Source: a virus. Taken from it: a DNA stretch of 64,000 nt. Of the stretch, positions 47,600 to 56,734 are shown piece after piece; the first letter of the stretch is position 1, and each line of letters opens with the position of its first letter. The notes under the pieces were generated by a model, which saw nothing but the letters and a program-made list of their open reading frames with translations, did no database searches and was not told where the DNA came from. Location of the stretch: IMG/VR virus record IMGVR_UViG_3300045988_090463, positions 1-64,000 of that record; one strand, written 5' to 3'. A program made the translations under genes and the position numbers.

Positions 47600-49087
47600 C
47601 TATTCTTCACCAGTGGAAGAAATTGTTGCTGATTGATTTTGAATTGATTTCTGACTAAAATCTTTAATCAATTCTTGTGCTTTCTTCATTTCTGCGTCTG
47701 GGTTTGCCAGTTCGGGATAAACAGTTCCAAGATATGGTAAGCTCATTTCATATACCTTTTGCGGATCGCTGAATAATCCACAAGTAATCAATGCAATAAG
47801 CGGGTGAATTTTATTCTTGAACAGATAATCAAGTGCCTGTGCTTTAACAAGCATGTTATCTGTTGGGTTTCTGGTGATTTTGACATCAAAATCTCTGGTA
47901 GAAATCTTGACATCATTGGAGGTTTTGCGAATGATGTTGAGAATAATTCTGACAGAAGCTTTTTCGGCTTCTTTTGTGAATGCTTCAACAAGTTTGGCAT
48001 CTCGCTCTGCAAAATCCCATCCATTACGTAAATATACAGCATTACCAGTATCACCACCGGTGTTGCTCTGGCGGTTTGGCATTGCTTCTACAATCAGCAT
48101 ATTATTGTAAATGTCGTCTTTAGCAACTTGGCTCTCCGACTGGTTTAATTCCGCAGTCATCAAGTCAACATCTGACTGAACACCGTTTCCAGCATCTTTT
48201 ACAGATATTGCTCCTAGCTTGACCATTTTCAAAAATTCATTCTCGTCAACTTCACAGTTTTTGAATTTCATAAATGCTTGAACAAACTGTTCAACACCGT
48301 TTAATCTATCCGACTGATACTTGTTGATCGCATCAAATGCTGTAATTGCAATTTCGACATCAGATAGCCGGTCATGGTTGTTTGGATACTCGATAATTGG
48401 GATTCCGCCAAAGCCATTAATGCCGCTGACGGTTACTTGTCCGTTCTTTATCTTGAAATATTGATTTGAAGAATAGCAAAGATAATATTGCTGATTCTCT
48501 TCATCTTTCAATATTTGAACAGATAGCATTGCTTTTCCTGTGTTTCTGGAATAAACAATATAAACATCTCCCGGATACGGAATAAAAATTCTAAATGGTG
48601 GTAAATCACGGTCTTTTGTCCAATCGTCTTCTCGTAGAATTGCTTTGTATGCAGTTCCTACGGCACTCTGGTATATTCCAAGCTGAATATTTCGGGCATC
48701 CGCATTTGCTTCGTCCAGATAATCATTCAGCAGGTCGACCTGCTCATTTATCTTTTTATCTGCTTTTTTCTTTTTGCAGACATATTGAATAGGTTCTCCA
48801 TATATTTGTCCTGCCTTAAACTTGACAACTTCCAGAGCGTGATTTTCGACAACTCTGTTATTTACTTCCGGTCTCACAAGCTTTTCCCGATATAAGATTG
48901 GTTGGTCGCCTTTGTAGTACCGATAAAGATAATTAATCATCATTCTGTTTCGATTATGTGTGCCAATCGTATCAGATAGAACTTGAACAACATTTTCGGT
49001 AGTAATTTGAGCTACGCCAGTGTAGGCAGTTTTTCTGCCAAAATCGCCTTGGCATAGGTCAACAAAATTGCTTTTGTTTCTTCCCAC
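47600..49087 (-). CDS. portal protein (SPP1 gp6-type)
   Basis: 495 aa. GTG start 8 nt after GGAGG. N-terminal YLYRYYKGDQPIL pattern. Confidence 0.8.
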   Translation of the reverse strand: MGRNKSNFVDLCQGDFGRKTAYTGVAQITTENVVQVLSDTIGTHNRNRMMINYLYRYYKGDQPILYREKLVRPEVNNRVVENHALEVVKFKAGQIYGEPIQYVCKKKKADKKINEQVDLLNDYLDEANADARNIQLGIYQSAVGTAYKAILREDDWTKDRDLPPFRIFIPYPGDVYIVYSRNTGKAMLSVQILKDEENQQYYLCYSSNQYFKIKNGQVTVSGINGFGGIPIIEYPNNHDRLSDVEIAITAFDAINKYQSDRLNGVEQFVQAFMKFKNCEVDENEFLKMVKLGAISVKDAGNGVQSDVDLMTAELNQSESQVAKDDIYNNMLIVEAMPNRQSNTGGDTGNAVYLRNGWDFAERDAKLVEAFTKEAEKASVRIILNIIRKTSNDVKISTRDFDVKITRNPTDNMLVKAQALDYLFKNKIHPLIALITCGLFSDPQKVYEMSLPYLGTVYPELANPDAEMKKAQELIKDFSQKSIQNQSATISSTGEE

Positions 49088-49114
49088 TGCCTATACCTCC
49101 TATTTTTAGACATG

Positions 49115-49142
49115 AAAAAAGCACCGAGTTTTCACCCGATGC
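49115..49142 (-). terminator. intrinsic terminator (module A)
   Basis: GCATCGGG..CTCGGTGC stem followed by TTTTTT on the - strand. Confidence 0.6.
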
Positions 49143-49180
49143 TTTATACATTTTCATCATATATTATACATAATTGGAAA

Positions 49181-49206
49181 GTTATATTCAGTAAGAAAAG
49201 GTGTTA
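49181..49206 (-). repeat. intergenic box, copy A
   Basis: - strand TAACACCTTTTCTTACTGAATATAAC, overlapping the stop of 49204..49626. Confidence 0.7.
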
Positions 49207-49626
49207 ACTTTTGAAATTAAGCATTTCTTTTACGTAATTTACTGCTTTCCCGTGGAATTGTTTAATATATTCTTCATTGTATTCCATTTCATCTGCAATG
49301 ACAGTTAGCTTTTTTCCCTCTACGTATCGTTTATACAAAAAATTATAATACTGGGGATTTTTTACAGACTCTATAATATCTATAAGTTTCTGTTTTTTCT
49401 CCATAAGCTCCACCACATTGTCAGCTAGTTCTCGCTGCGCATCCACCAATTTTGCAATTGTATCGCCTATTTTATCTTGGCTTCCAGAAGTCTGAACACG
49501 TTCAATGCCATACGTCGAAGCACTAATGCTAGTAGCAAGCAATTTCAAGTGTTCGATTTCTTCCAGTTTGTTATTTATAATTTTTTCGTATCGTTGAATT
49601 TGATTCAGATACTCCTTTATATCCAT
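49204..49626 (-). CDS. ArpU/RinA-like (sigma-r4-like) late transcription regulator
   Basis: Start ATG 49626 behind GGAAGGAG. YNFLYKRYVEGKKLTVIADEMEYNEEYIKQFHGKAV HTH. Confidence 0.55.
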   Translation of the reverse strand: MDIKEYLNQIQRYEKIINNKLEEIEHLKLLATSISASTYGIERVQTSGSQDKIGDTIAKLVDAQRELADNVVELMEKKQKLIDIIESVKNPQYYNFLYKRYVEGKKLTVIADEMEYNEEYIKQFHGKAVNYVKEMLNFKS

Positions 49627-49627
49627 G

Positions 49628-51322
49628 CTATCTCCTTCCCCACATAAAATTCTTAGTTGCTGTAACTTCTGCAAATCGTTTTTGAGTCAGAGTTATCATA
49701 AGTTGTGTAACACCATCTGGTGCATCGTCGTGATCGTTGTCGCCAATATACACAAAAGTGGTCAACTGTTCCATTGCTTTTGAATATTCCTTGTTTTGGT
49801 ATTTAGGTGCCAGAAATATGAATCTTCTTTTAACATCTCCAGAGTACTGATTGATTTTTTCTTTTTTAGCTTGCTTTGATGGAGCTTTTGTGCTGGTAGT
49901 GCTACAAGCATATCCATGTTCTTTTAGTCTTCCGCTGACATAATAAGCATACATATCGCCACCATTGTTAGCTTCGAAATTGATAGATTGGATCTCATTT
50001 CCCATAATTCTTCCGACAACCAGTGGAAGTGTGACTTCCTTCGGACCTGTATTAAAAATCCAGTCATAAATGTATACATCTCCGTTTTCAAATTCCGCAC
50101 CAACCGGCATGGACAAACTATCACCACCGCCCCACGCAACGTCACAAGCAGATACGTTCTTTACAAATCCGCCCTCTGGAAGAATTCCATTGTAATATCT
50201 TAGTTCATCTTCTGCGAACATGATTCCTTCACGCAAGAATGGTTTCTGTTGATATTTAGCCTCCCATTCGTTAGCATCAAGTCTGGCTTTCATATCTACA
50301 TAATACTTCGTAGAAAAACCAACTCCATAATCATATTCAAAGTTTGATTCACCATCGTCATTCAAGGCAGGAATCTTACGGAACCGATACAATGGATTAT
50401 CTCGATTGAGTTTTTCAATTTTGCCTAATGGGTCGTACAGATTCCATCTTGTTCCAACCATCAACTCTCTTGCCCCATCAATTTTACGGTCAACCATTTT
50501 GTTCAGATACTCTTGATAGGTATTCTCCAAACGAGTAGGGCTTAAAGAATGTTGCCTGTCTCGAACAAGGTCATCTACATACAAATATCCATCAGACGAA
50601 ATATCAACAGCACCCGTCCATGTTCCCTCGATACCGCGACAAGTCATTGTGGCGAATCGGTCTGGCTTGTCCAAATTTATCTCAAAATCATCGGCACTTT
50701 GCTTTTGCAATTTTGATTTTGGAAATATCTCACTGTAAGTGTATTCTTGTGTGCTTATGAGATTCAGAAGCTCACCATAGAAACCCTTGGCCAGTTTTCC
50801 AGAGTGACCGCCCATTGCATTGTGGCTGTTTGGTCGTCTTCCCATTATCCACGACATAAAAAATATGCACATAGTACTCTTACCAACACGACTTGGTAAC
50901 GATAGACCGTAAAATTCAATTATCCTATCTTCCAAATCCTGTAAATCTTGAGCGACTACTTGGAGTGTTTTCTTTCTTGGGATATAAAACTTTTTGCTGT
51001 CCGGTCTATTCTTCTCCATGTATAACAAATAACTCTCGAACGCCCATGGGGCTTCCAACAATAAATACTGCCAGTAAATATCATCAAAATTACCGCTTCC
51101 AGTCAGTGCCGCGTTTCTTGCCGCAGTTGTATGAGCGTATCGACTGACTTTCATTGCCATATTCCGTGCATCTGGATTATCCTTGAAAGGAAGGTCAATA
51201 TTCATATTTAAAAGTAAATCAAGGCAGTCTTTCTGGTTTTGATAGACCGTCATATCGCCATTAATGATTTGATTTAAAATTGCCCGATACCATTCAAGCG
51301 AGCCTTCTGTGAATTTTTGCAT
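49628..51322 (-). CDS. terL: terminase large subunit
   Basis: 564 aa. Walker-A-like PSRVGKST. Acidic nuclease motifs in the C-terminal half. Precedes the portal gene. Confidence 0.8.
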   Translation of the reverse strand: MQKFTEGSLEWYRAILNQIINGDMTVYQNQKDCLDLLLNMNIDLPFKDNPDARNMAMKVSRYAHTTAARNAALTGSGNFDDIYWQYLLLEAPWAFESYLLYMEKNRPDSKKFYIPRKKTLQVVAQDLQDLEDRIIEFYGLSLPSRVGKSTMCIFFMSWIMGRRPNSHNAMGGHSGKLAKGFYGELLNLISTQEYTYSEIFPKSKLQKQSADDFEINLDKPDRFATMTCRGIEGTWTGAVDISSDGYLYVDDLVRDRQHSLSPTRLENTYQEYLNKMVDRKIDGARELMVGTRWNLYDPLGKIEKLNRDNPLYRFRKIPALNDDGESNFEYDYGVGFSTKYYVDMKARLDANEWEAKYQQKPFLREGIMFAEDELRYYNGILPEGGFVKNVSACDVAWGGGDSLSMPVGAEFENGDVYIYDWIFNTGPKEVTLPLVVGRIMGNEIQSINFEANNGGDMYAYYVSGRLKEHGYACSTTSTKAPSKQAKKEKINQYSGDVKRRFIFLAPKYQNKEYSKAMEQLTTFVYIGDNDHDDAPDGVTQLMITLTQKRFAEVTATKNFMWGRR

Positions 51323-51329
51323 AAAAATA

Positions 51330-51368
51330 GAGCCAGACCTCCTTTCTTTTTAGGATTTAGTCTGGCTC
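51330..51368 (-). promoter_or_regulatory. hairpin plus U-tract abutting the terL start
   Basis: GAGCCAGAC..GTCTGGCTC stem followed by TATTTTT-ATG. The AAAGGAGG sits in the loop and 3' arm. Confidence 0.5.
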
Positions 51369-51396
51369 TCATGTGGCTCTTTGACTGATTTATTTA

Positions 51397-52350
51397 TTAT
51401 TCAGCATTCTCATCGGCTGTCATATCTCTTGTATCTACGATGGTAGGAGTGTTACTTCCCTGAATCTTCGGAACTTCACCATTCCATTTATCAATTTTCT
51501 GTTTTTCAATCAGTTCAGGAGTAAGTGATTCTGCAATTTTTCTATTTGCTTCCGCTTCGGCTTCAGCTTTAATCTTAATAGCTTCAGATTTGCCTTCTGC
51601 ATCAATTTTGGCTTGTTCTGCCTGAATAGCTGCTTTTTCTTTTTCCTGTTCAGCAGCAATCAGTGCAACTTCTTTATCTTTATCGGCTTGTACTTTGGCT
51701 GTTTTAGCTTCAATATTGGCCAATTCAAGCTCTTGCTGTGCATTTACTTTCTTTTGGATTGCAGCTTGTGTTTCATCATCAGTGGAAATAGAAGTAAAGT
51801 TTACTGTATCAATAATGATTCCGTATGGTTCAAACTTCCGTTTAAGATATTCGTCAAGTGCTTCATTCAGTTCCTGACGCTTATCACCGAAAACATCTGT
51901 TACTGGATACTTCGCAGTTACTTCCTGCGTCCAGGCTTTCATTTTCGGCTTGATAAAAGTATTTTTTACAGATTCCCCAGATTGACCTTTGAACTGAGTA
52001 AATACATCAGTTACTCTACTCTGATCGAATTTATACGAAAATTCCAAATCAACTAAAAGAGATTTGCCATCTGCCGTTGGTGTCTTGAAACTTTCGTCTT
52101 TTGGAGAATCGCCTTTATCTTCCGATGTAAGATAAGATTGTTCGATTCCAACAGAATACAGTGAAGTTTTTACTGTAGGTGAAATCAAATGCCATCCCTG
52201 CGTAAGTACGTTATTGGAGATTCCCCCGTTCATTTTGTACTCGACCGCAATGTAACCGGCTGGAACCTTTACACTACACTTTGCAACGCATATAAGTCCT
52301 GCAATGATCACAACAGCTAATCCAATTCCACCTAAAAGTCCTTTTTTCAT
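51397..52350 (-). CDS. SPFH/band-7 domain membrane protein
   Basis: N-terminal TM, SPFH-like core, then an Ala/Glu/Lys coiled coil. Confidence 0.7.
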   Translation of the reverse strand: MKKGLLGGIGLAVVIIAGLICVAKCSVKVPAGYIAVEYKMNGGISNNVLTQGWHLISPTVKTSLYSVGIEQSYLTSEDKGDSPKDESFKTPTADGKSLLVDLEFSYKFDQSRVTDVFTQFKGQSGESVKNTFIKPKMKAWTQEVTAKYPVTDVFGDKRQELNEALDEYLKRKFEPYGIIIDTVNFTSISTDDETQAAIQKKVNAQQELELANIEAKTAKVQADKDKEVALIAAEQEKEKAAIQAEQAKIDAEGKSEAIKIKAEAEAEANRKIAESLTPELIEKQKIDKWNGEVPKIQGSNTPTIVDTRDMTADENAE

Positions 52351-52511
52351 TCTTTGTCCTCCTCATTTTGACTTTCATCTTTATTTAGCTCATCAATAGC
52401 ATTTCTGCCAATGTGATTCAATAATTTACCTAGCGGTTGAAATAATTTGTAAAGTAGAAACCATACTGCTACTGCTCCACATATCACTAGAAATATAAAT
52501 ACTGGATTCAT
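52347..52511 (-). CDS. small membrane protein
   Basis: Start ATG 52511. One TM, VFIFLVICGAVAVWFLL. ATGA overlaps at both ends. Confidence 0.5.
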   Translation of the reverse strand: MNPVFIFLVICGAVAVWFLLYKLFQPLGKLLNHIGRNAIDELNKDESQNEEDKE

Positions 52512-53098
52512 AAATTCCCCTTTACTGGCCATTCAAAGCCAAAATCTGAACGTTTGATTTTGCATTGTGGGCTTCCGTCTTTCCAGAAAACTAATCCTTC
52601 TATCTCGTGTTCAGAAAGATATTTCTTGATTCCCTCGAATGTTCTTTCGACTTCAACGATTTCTTTGCCGTGTTTTATCAAGGCATCGTAATCATCATTA
52701 TACGGATTGCCATGAAAATGTTTTCCGTAAGCTTCATATGTGCCATCCGGCAATTTAAGACCTTGATTTGTCCACATTGAAGTTACATAATATGCTTCTA
52801 CAAACCACTTATCAGACGGATTATTCTCATCAACCTTTACCCATCCCGGCCAATGACCTGTAATGGAATCTGGCTCACAACAAGGGATAAATCCCTCTGG
52901 TGGTATTTTACCTTTCTTGCAGTCGTATCGTTTATAAAATTTTCCGTCAATTACTGCACAACAAGAGCCGTCATATTTAACTGTTGCAATTCCTTCTTCT
53001 TCAAGCACCCATTCCATACCTGGATGCACTTTTGGAAGAACCTTTACAACCTTATGGTCTTTAAATTCTCGCTCAAATAATGTTGGTATCTTTTTCAT
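52508..53098 (-). CDS. minimal ATP-dependent ligase (RNA/DNA ligase nucleotidyltransferase)
   Basis: Motif I VKYDGS, motif IV EGLVFW, motif V CKIKR. 196 aa. Confidence 0.65.
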   Translation of the reverse strand: MKKIPTLFEREFKDHKVVKVLPKVHPGMEWVLEEEGIATVKYDGSCCAVIDGKFYKRYDCKKGKIPPEGFIPCCEPDSITGHWPGWVKVDENNPSDKWFVEAYYVTSMWTNQGLKLPDGTYEAYGKHFHGNPYNDDYDALIKHGKEIVEVERTFEGIKKYLSEHEIEGLVFWKDGSPQCKIKRSDFGFEWPVKGNL

Positions 53099-53102
53099 TT
53101 AC

Positions 53103-53423
53103 TCACCTCACAATACTTCTAAGTGAATCCCACCACTCATCTTTTTCTTCTATATCTTCTTCTCGTTTATATTGAATTTTTATTTTATATAGTCCAGAAT
53201 CAGATACGTGTGGCTCAACATGTAAGAATTTGAATTTCTTTTTAAGATATCCTATTTCAAAAACACATTCTTTTGGAAAAACAGTATAAAGTGTGACAAA
53301 TTCTACAAAAATAATTCTCTTATCTTTTTCATGGTACACATCAATATTTGCCAACGCATCGACAACTTTTTTGTCTTTAGCAAAAATCTTTATTGGAAAA
53401 TTTACTACAAAATATTTGCTCAT
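53103..53423 (-). CDS. hypothetical protein
   Basis: 106-aa ORF. Confidence 0.5.
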   Translation of the reverse strand: MSKYFVVNFPIKIFAKDKKVVDALANIDVYHEKDKRIIFVEFVTLYTVFPKECVFEIGYLKKKFKFLHVEPHVSDSGLYKIKIQYKREEDIEEKDEWWDSLRSIVR

Positions 53424-53432
53424 ACATTAACC

Positions 53433-53609
53433 TCAATCTGGAATACCTAATTGTTTGTAAGTAAATACCGCTGTATATTTCTTTCCGCATTTGCAGCAAG
53501 TTTCTGTAATAGTGCAAGTTTTTTCTTTGTCATTGCATTTTGATTCTGTATCCGAACTTTTGAACTTGCATCCACCTGTCAGAATACATTTAATCTGTTT
53601 TGTGTTCAT
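53433..53609 (-). CDS. small Cys-rich protein
   Basis: Start ATG 53609 behind AAGGAG. 8 Cys in 58 aa. Confidence 0.5.
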   Translation of the reverse strand: MNTKQIKCILTGGCKFKSSDTESKCNDKEKTCTITETCCKCGKKYTAVFTYKQLGIPD

Positions 53610-53850
53610 CTTGTTCTCCTTGCAAAACTTTTCTGATGCAATCCTCAACAAGTATAAAGTCTTTATATGACATACGCATCTCGCAATTGTAAAAATGCTT
53701 TCCAATTTCATTTACAATTAATTTATAAATTCTAAACTTGGTTTCTTCCGAAAGTTCGTCAAGTTCCACAGGTTTAGTCTTTTGAAGTTCTTCCGCATCG
53801 CTGCCGTCTGTTTCAATTTTTGAACACGCGCAATCATAACAAGTACTCAT
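53590..53850 (-). CDS. small Cys-containing hypothetical protein
   Basis: 86-aa ORF. Confidence 0.5.
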   Translation of the reverse strand: MSTCYDCACSKIETDGSDAEELQKTKPVELDELSEETKFRIYKLIVNEIGKHFYNCEMRMSYKDFILVEDCIRKVLQGEQDEHKTD

Positions 53851-54080
53851 ACATTCACCTCAAACTCTTTCTTGCAGTTGCTACCCTTGCATTTCAATTT
53901 AAGATGCCGAATTTTTGTCTCTGGGCTAATTAGAAGTGCTTTCTTCTCGCAAAAAGGACAACAATACCACAGTTTGCCATTGATATTCTTTATTAATGCC
54001 CGTCCGTCCCACGGCTCAGGTGGATTCATTGCCTGAGAGAAATCTATTCCCTCTGATTCAAATGCTGATTTGATGCTCAC
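53847..54080 (-). CDS. cysteine-rich KTR-like zinc-ribbon protein
   Basis: CCPFC...LKCKGSNCKKEF pattern. Confidence 0.5.
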   Translation of the reverse strand: MSIKSAFESEGIDFSQAMNPPEPWDGRALIKNINGKLWYCCPFCEKKALLISPETKIRHLKLKCKGSNCKKEFEVNV

Positions 54081-54349
54081 TTAAATCTCCTATTCTTTTT
54101 ATGCTTAATGCCTTTACGTTTCCGTTTAAGATAAATTCTCATTTTACTTCTTACGTTCTTGCTGAATTGATTGTTGAATTTTCTTTTTCTCTTTCTTCCG
54201 GCAATCTGTCTTATTTTGTGCTTTCCATGCATTTTAAGATAATTGTTGTTATACGAAGCAATGCATGTTTTAAACGCTCCTGAAGAAAAATATAGGATTT
54301 GAGCGACTCCTATCCAAGGGCTGCTAAGTAAATATGCATTATCTTTCAT
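54077..54349 (-). CDS. basic protein with NNYLKMHG..AGRK motif
   Basis: Shares the C-terminal motif with 54339..54773. Lys/Arg-rich tail. Confidence 0.5.
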   Translation of the reverse strand: MKDNAYLLSSPWIGVAQILYFSSGAFKTCIASYNNNYLKMHGKHKIRQIAGRKRKRKFNNQFSKNVRSKMRIYLKRKRKGIKHKKNRRFK

Positions 54350-54773
54350 GCTTCCTCACTCCTTTGCGTCCTGCAACTCTGCGTGCTACAGGTATTCCAT
54401 GCATTCTCAGATAATTATTTGATACGTCATATTCTCCATTGGCTTCAATCCCGTAAATCAATGTCTTGTTTTGTTCCACATCATAGAACGGTTCTTCCAA
54501 TATTAGTTTTTTGGTTGTTACTTTCACGCAACCATTTTTATATCGTAAAGCATCAACAAGCATCTGTTCGTTCGATTGTTGCGTAAATTCATTATTAAAA
54601 AAAGCTCTCTGTTTGCATATAATATGTGCAGCACCAGAAAAAGATAGTCCTTTTTTCGACAGTCTTTTAATTGTTTCAATTCTTCCTCTTGTGCAAATCG
54701 GAAACTCCCATTTATTAAGCGAAACCGATTCTTTGATTTTTATCACTCCATCTTTTGTCTTAAACTCTTCCAT
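54339..54773 (-). CDS. hypothetical protein with NNYLRMHG..AGRK motif
   Basis: 144 aa, paralogous C-terminal motif. Confidence 0.55.
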   Translation of the reverse strand: MEEFKTKDGVIKIKESVSLNKWEFPICTRGRIETIKRLSKKGLSFSGAAHIICKQRAFFNNEFTQQSNEQMLVDALRYKNGCVKVTTKKLILEEPFYDVEQNKTLIYGIEANGEYDVSNNYLRMHGIPVARRVAGRKGVRKHER

Positions 54774-54907
54774 ATCATCTCACCCCATGAACCTTTCTTA
54801 GATTTGCATATCGGTCAACTATTACGTCCAATGCTGTTTGAAGCTGATTGATTGTGATGCAATCGGACTGATGCTGATCACTGTACCATTGTTTACTGTG
54901 CTCCGTA

Positions 54908-55099
54908 TCAGATTAGAGAAGATATCAGTGGCAATTGCGTATCCCAAACGCCTTTTATAACTTCTCTGGTTTGCAACTCATTTGTATATGCCATAACAAT
55001 CGAATTGGCTTTTTCGAGTTTTTTTTCGAGTTCTTTGTTTTTGACTGCAAGTCTTTTATTTTCCTTTTCCAATTCCAAAATTGTTTTGTTTTTCAACAC
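54908..55099 (-). CDS. small coiled-coil protein
   Basis: 63-aa Lys/Glu/Leu heptads. Confidence 0.45.
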   Translation of the reverse strand: MLKNKTILELEKENKRLAVKNKELEKKLEKANSIVMAYTNELQTREVIKGVWDTQLPLISSLI

Positions 55100-55121
55100 C
55101 GTTCACCTGAAATTCATTCCA

Positions 55122-55361
55122 CTAAAATTTTGTAAACATTTCCATATCGTAATTGTTACGGATATAATCTACACAGTCGCACAGTTTCTTACGCAAAACT
55201 AAATCTTCTGCGATATCTGGATGAATCACATACAGTAAACAACTTCCCTTTTTTCCGTCCTCTTGAAACTTCTTCCAGTCAAACATCATTGTGAACAATG
55301 GAATCCTCGTGAGATTTTTTGTCTTGTGTTTTATGTAAAGATTGCAGAGTTTCTTAATCAT
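55122..55361 (-). CDS. hypothetical protein
   Basis: Start ATG 55361 behind AGGAGA. Confidence 0.5.
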   Translation of the reverse strand: MIKKLCNLYIKHKTKNLTRIPLFTMMFDWKKFQEDGKKGSCLLYVIHPDIAEDLVLRKKLCDCVDYIRNNYDMEMFTKF

Positions 55362-55372
55362 GGTATCTTCTC

Positions 55373-55582
55373 CTATCTTGTAGACCACGTAACTATTTTA
55401 TTCTTGCACTGTGGGCATATGATATATTTCTGCTTACGTCCACGTTCAGATGGCATATTTGTAGAAAGCATCTTTTCTATGCATTCTTCTTTAACATCTT
55501 CTTTTTCATCGTACTGCAACACTGCTCCGCATTTTCCGCAATTTATTCTTTTTAATGTTCCGGGAACTAAAATTTTAATCAT
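55373..55582 (-). CDS. zinc-ribbon protein
   Basis: CGKCG ... CPQC. Confidence 0.5.
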   Translation of the reverse strand: MIKILVPGTLKRINCGKCGAVLQYDEKEDVKEECIEKMLSTNMPSERGRKQKYIICPQCKNKIVTWSTR

Positions 55583-55588
55583 TTTATA

Positions 55589-55873
55589 TCACCATATTCC
55601 TCTATCATTATCTAATTCTCCAAGAATGTTAGGTTGACAATCTTTTTTGTCAAGTAATGTGACCTTTGCGTTATAAATCGTCTTAATCCTATCAGATTCG
55701 AGAAAAAATTCACTATTAAATTCAGTTTTGCAGTTTGTACAAATCCATTCTGCATCAGTTCTCAAACCTGCAGCATCTACGTCGCCACCAAAGATATCCG
55801 CTCCTGTATTGATTACTACTCCTCCGCAAAATGGACATTTACGTTTGTCTCGTAACGATAAATTATTTTCCAT
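55589..55873 (-). CDS. zinc-ribbon protein
   Basis: CPFCGG ... CTNC. Confidence 0.5.
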   Translation of the reverse strand: MENNLSLRDKRKCPFCGGVVINTGADIFGGDVDAAGLRTDAEWICTNCKTEFNSEFFLESDRIKTIYNAKVTLLDKKDCQPNILGELDNDRGIW

Positions 55874-55877
55874 AATT

Positions 55878-56045
55878 TTATTTTTCCTTGCCCTCCCTGT
55901 GCTTTATCTGACACTTGATCATCTTTGCTATATTCTCACGTTCCTGTTTTATTCCATGTCCCTGTCGAAACAACTCGCATTCGAGAATATTTCCGCACTT
56001 GGAACATTCATCGTTGATTTCTTTGCCTGCTATTCGCATTTCCAT
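55878..56045 (-). CDS. small Cys-containing protein (55 aa)
   Basis: Below the track cutoff. CSKCG..C. Confidence 0.35.
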   Translation of the reverse strand: MEMRIAGKEINDECSKCGNILECELFRQGHGIKQERENIAKMIKCQIKHREGKEK

Positions 56046-56305
56046 CCATCCTGTACCATTTTAGGCTTGTATATTTTCTCGGTGTATCCCTCGCCGTTAC
56101 ATAAGTCGCAAGTAACTTCTATTTCTTTGTAATCATCGCAACACTCCCAGTATTGTGCACGATTTACTCTTTTGATAGTAGTTCCACTTCCGCCGCACTT
56201 CGGGCATCTATGAATTTTATTTCCTTGTATTAGACTTACAAGACCATTAAGAGTCGTTTCTCCACCGTATACATTTCTCAGACGTATCGCTTCATGAATT
56301 TTCAT
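56030..56305 (-). CDS. DnaJ-type CxxCxGxG zinc-finger protein
   Basis: CPKCGGSG and CDLCNGEG repeats. Confidence 0.55.
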   Translation of the reverse strand: MKIHEAIRLRNVYGGETTLNGLVSLIQGNKIHRCPKCGGSGTTIKRVNRAQYWECCDDYKEIEVTCDLCNGEGYTEKIYKPKMVQDGWKCE

Positions 56306-56438
56306 TATTTACACCCTCCCAACATTCACAACTATCATCAAGACATCTAAAGTCTGCACAATATTCACTGTCACCATTGAAACAAACCCATGTGAAGTCA
56401 TCATGTCTTCTGCAATTCTTACAACATTTTTCTTCCAT
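56292..56438 (-). CDS. small Cys-rich protein (48 aa)
   Basis: 9 Cys. Below the track cutoff. Confidence 0.35.
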   Translation of the reverse strand: MEEKCCKNCRRHDDFTWVCFNGDSEYCADFRCLDDSCECWEGVNNENS

Positions 56439-56455
56439 AAGCCACATCCTTAAAC

Positions 56456-56513
56456 AAAAATTCCAGTACACGGACTTGAACCGTAACTAGCCACCCAACG
56501 TGGAGTACTGGAA
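56456..56513 (-). ncRNA. tRNA-like element lacking an anticodon arm, followed by a U-tract
   Basis: 9-bp closing stem TTCCAGTAC/GTACTGGAA encloses CCAC-GTTGG-GTGG and ACGG-TTCAAGT-CCGT (T-arm-like), then TTTTT. Confidence 0.4.
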
Positions 56514-56573
56514 ACCATTCATAGAAAGGTAAGATAAAAATGAAATCCTTCCAATGATTGCAGTTCATTGGAA

Positions 56574-56656
56574 CGGTGCATCCGTGATTCGAACACGGAC
56601 AACATTTCTGTTGGAAGACTTAGCAAGTCTCTCTGTTACCATTACAGCAATGCACC
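56574..56656 (-). tRNA. tRNA-Ser(GCU)
   Basis: Manual cloverleaf: GGTGCAT acceptor, anticodon loop TTGCTAA, long variable arm CAAC-AGAAAT-GTTG, T-arm CCGTG-TTCGAAT-CACGG. Confidence 0.7.
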
Positions 56657-56734
56657 ACTTAACTAACCAAATCTGATTTTATTGTATCGTCAAAAAATCA
56701 AAAAAAACGGTGGGAACCTTATTCGCAAGAGCTA

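Noticed and set aside
54780-54907. 45-codon start-less ORF between 54908..55099 and 54339..54773.
   Set aside because: No start codon, no RBS and no recognisable motif.
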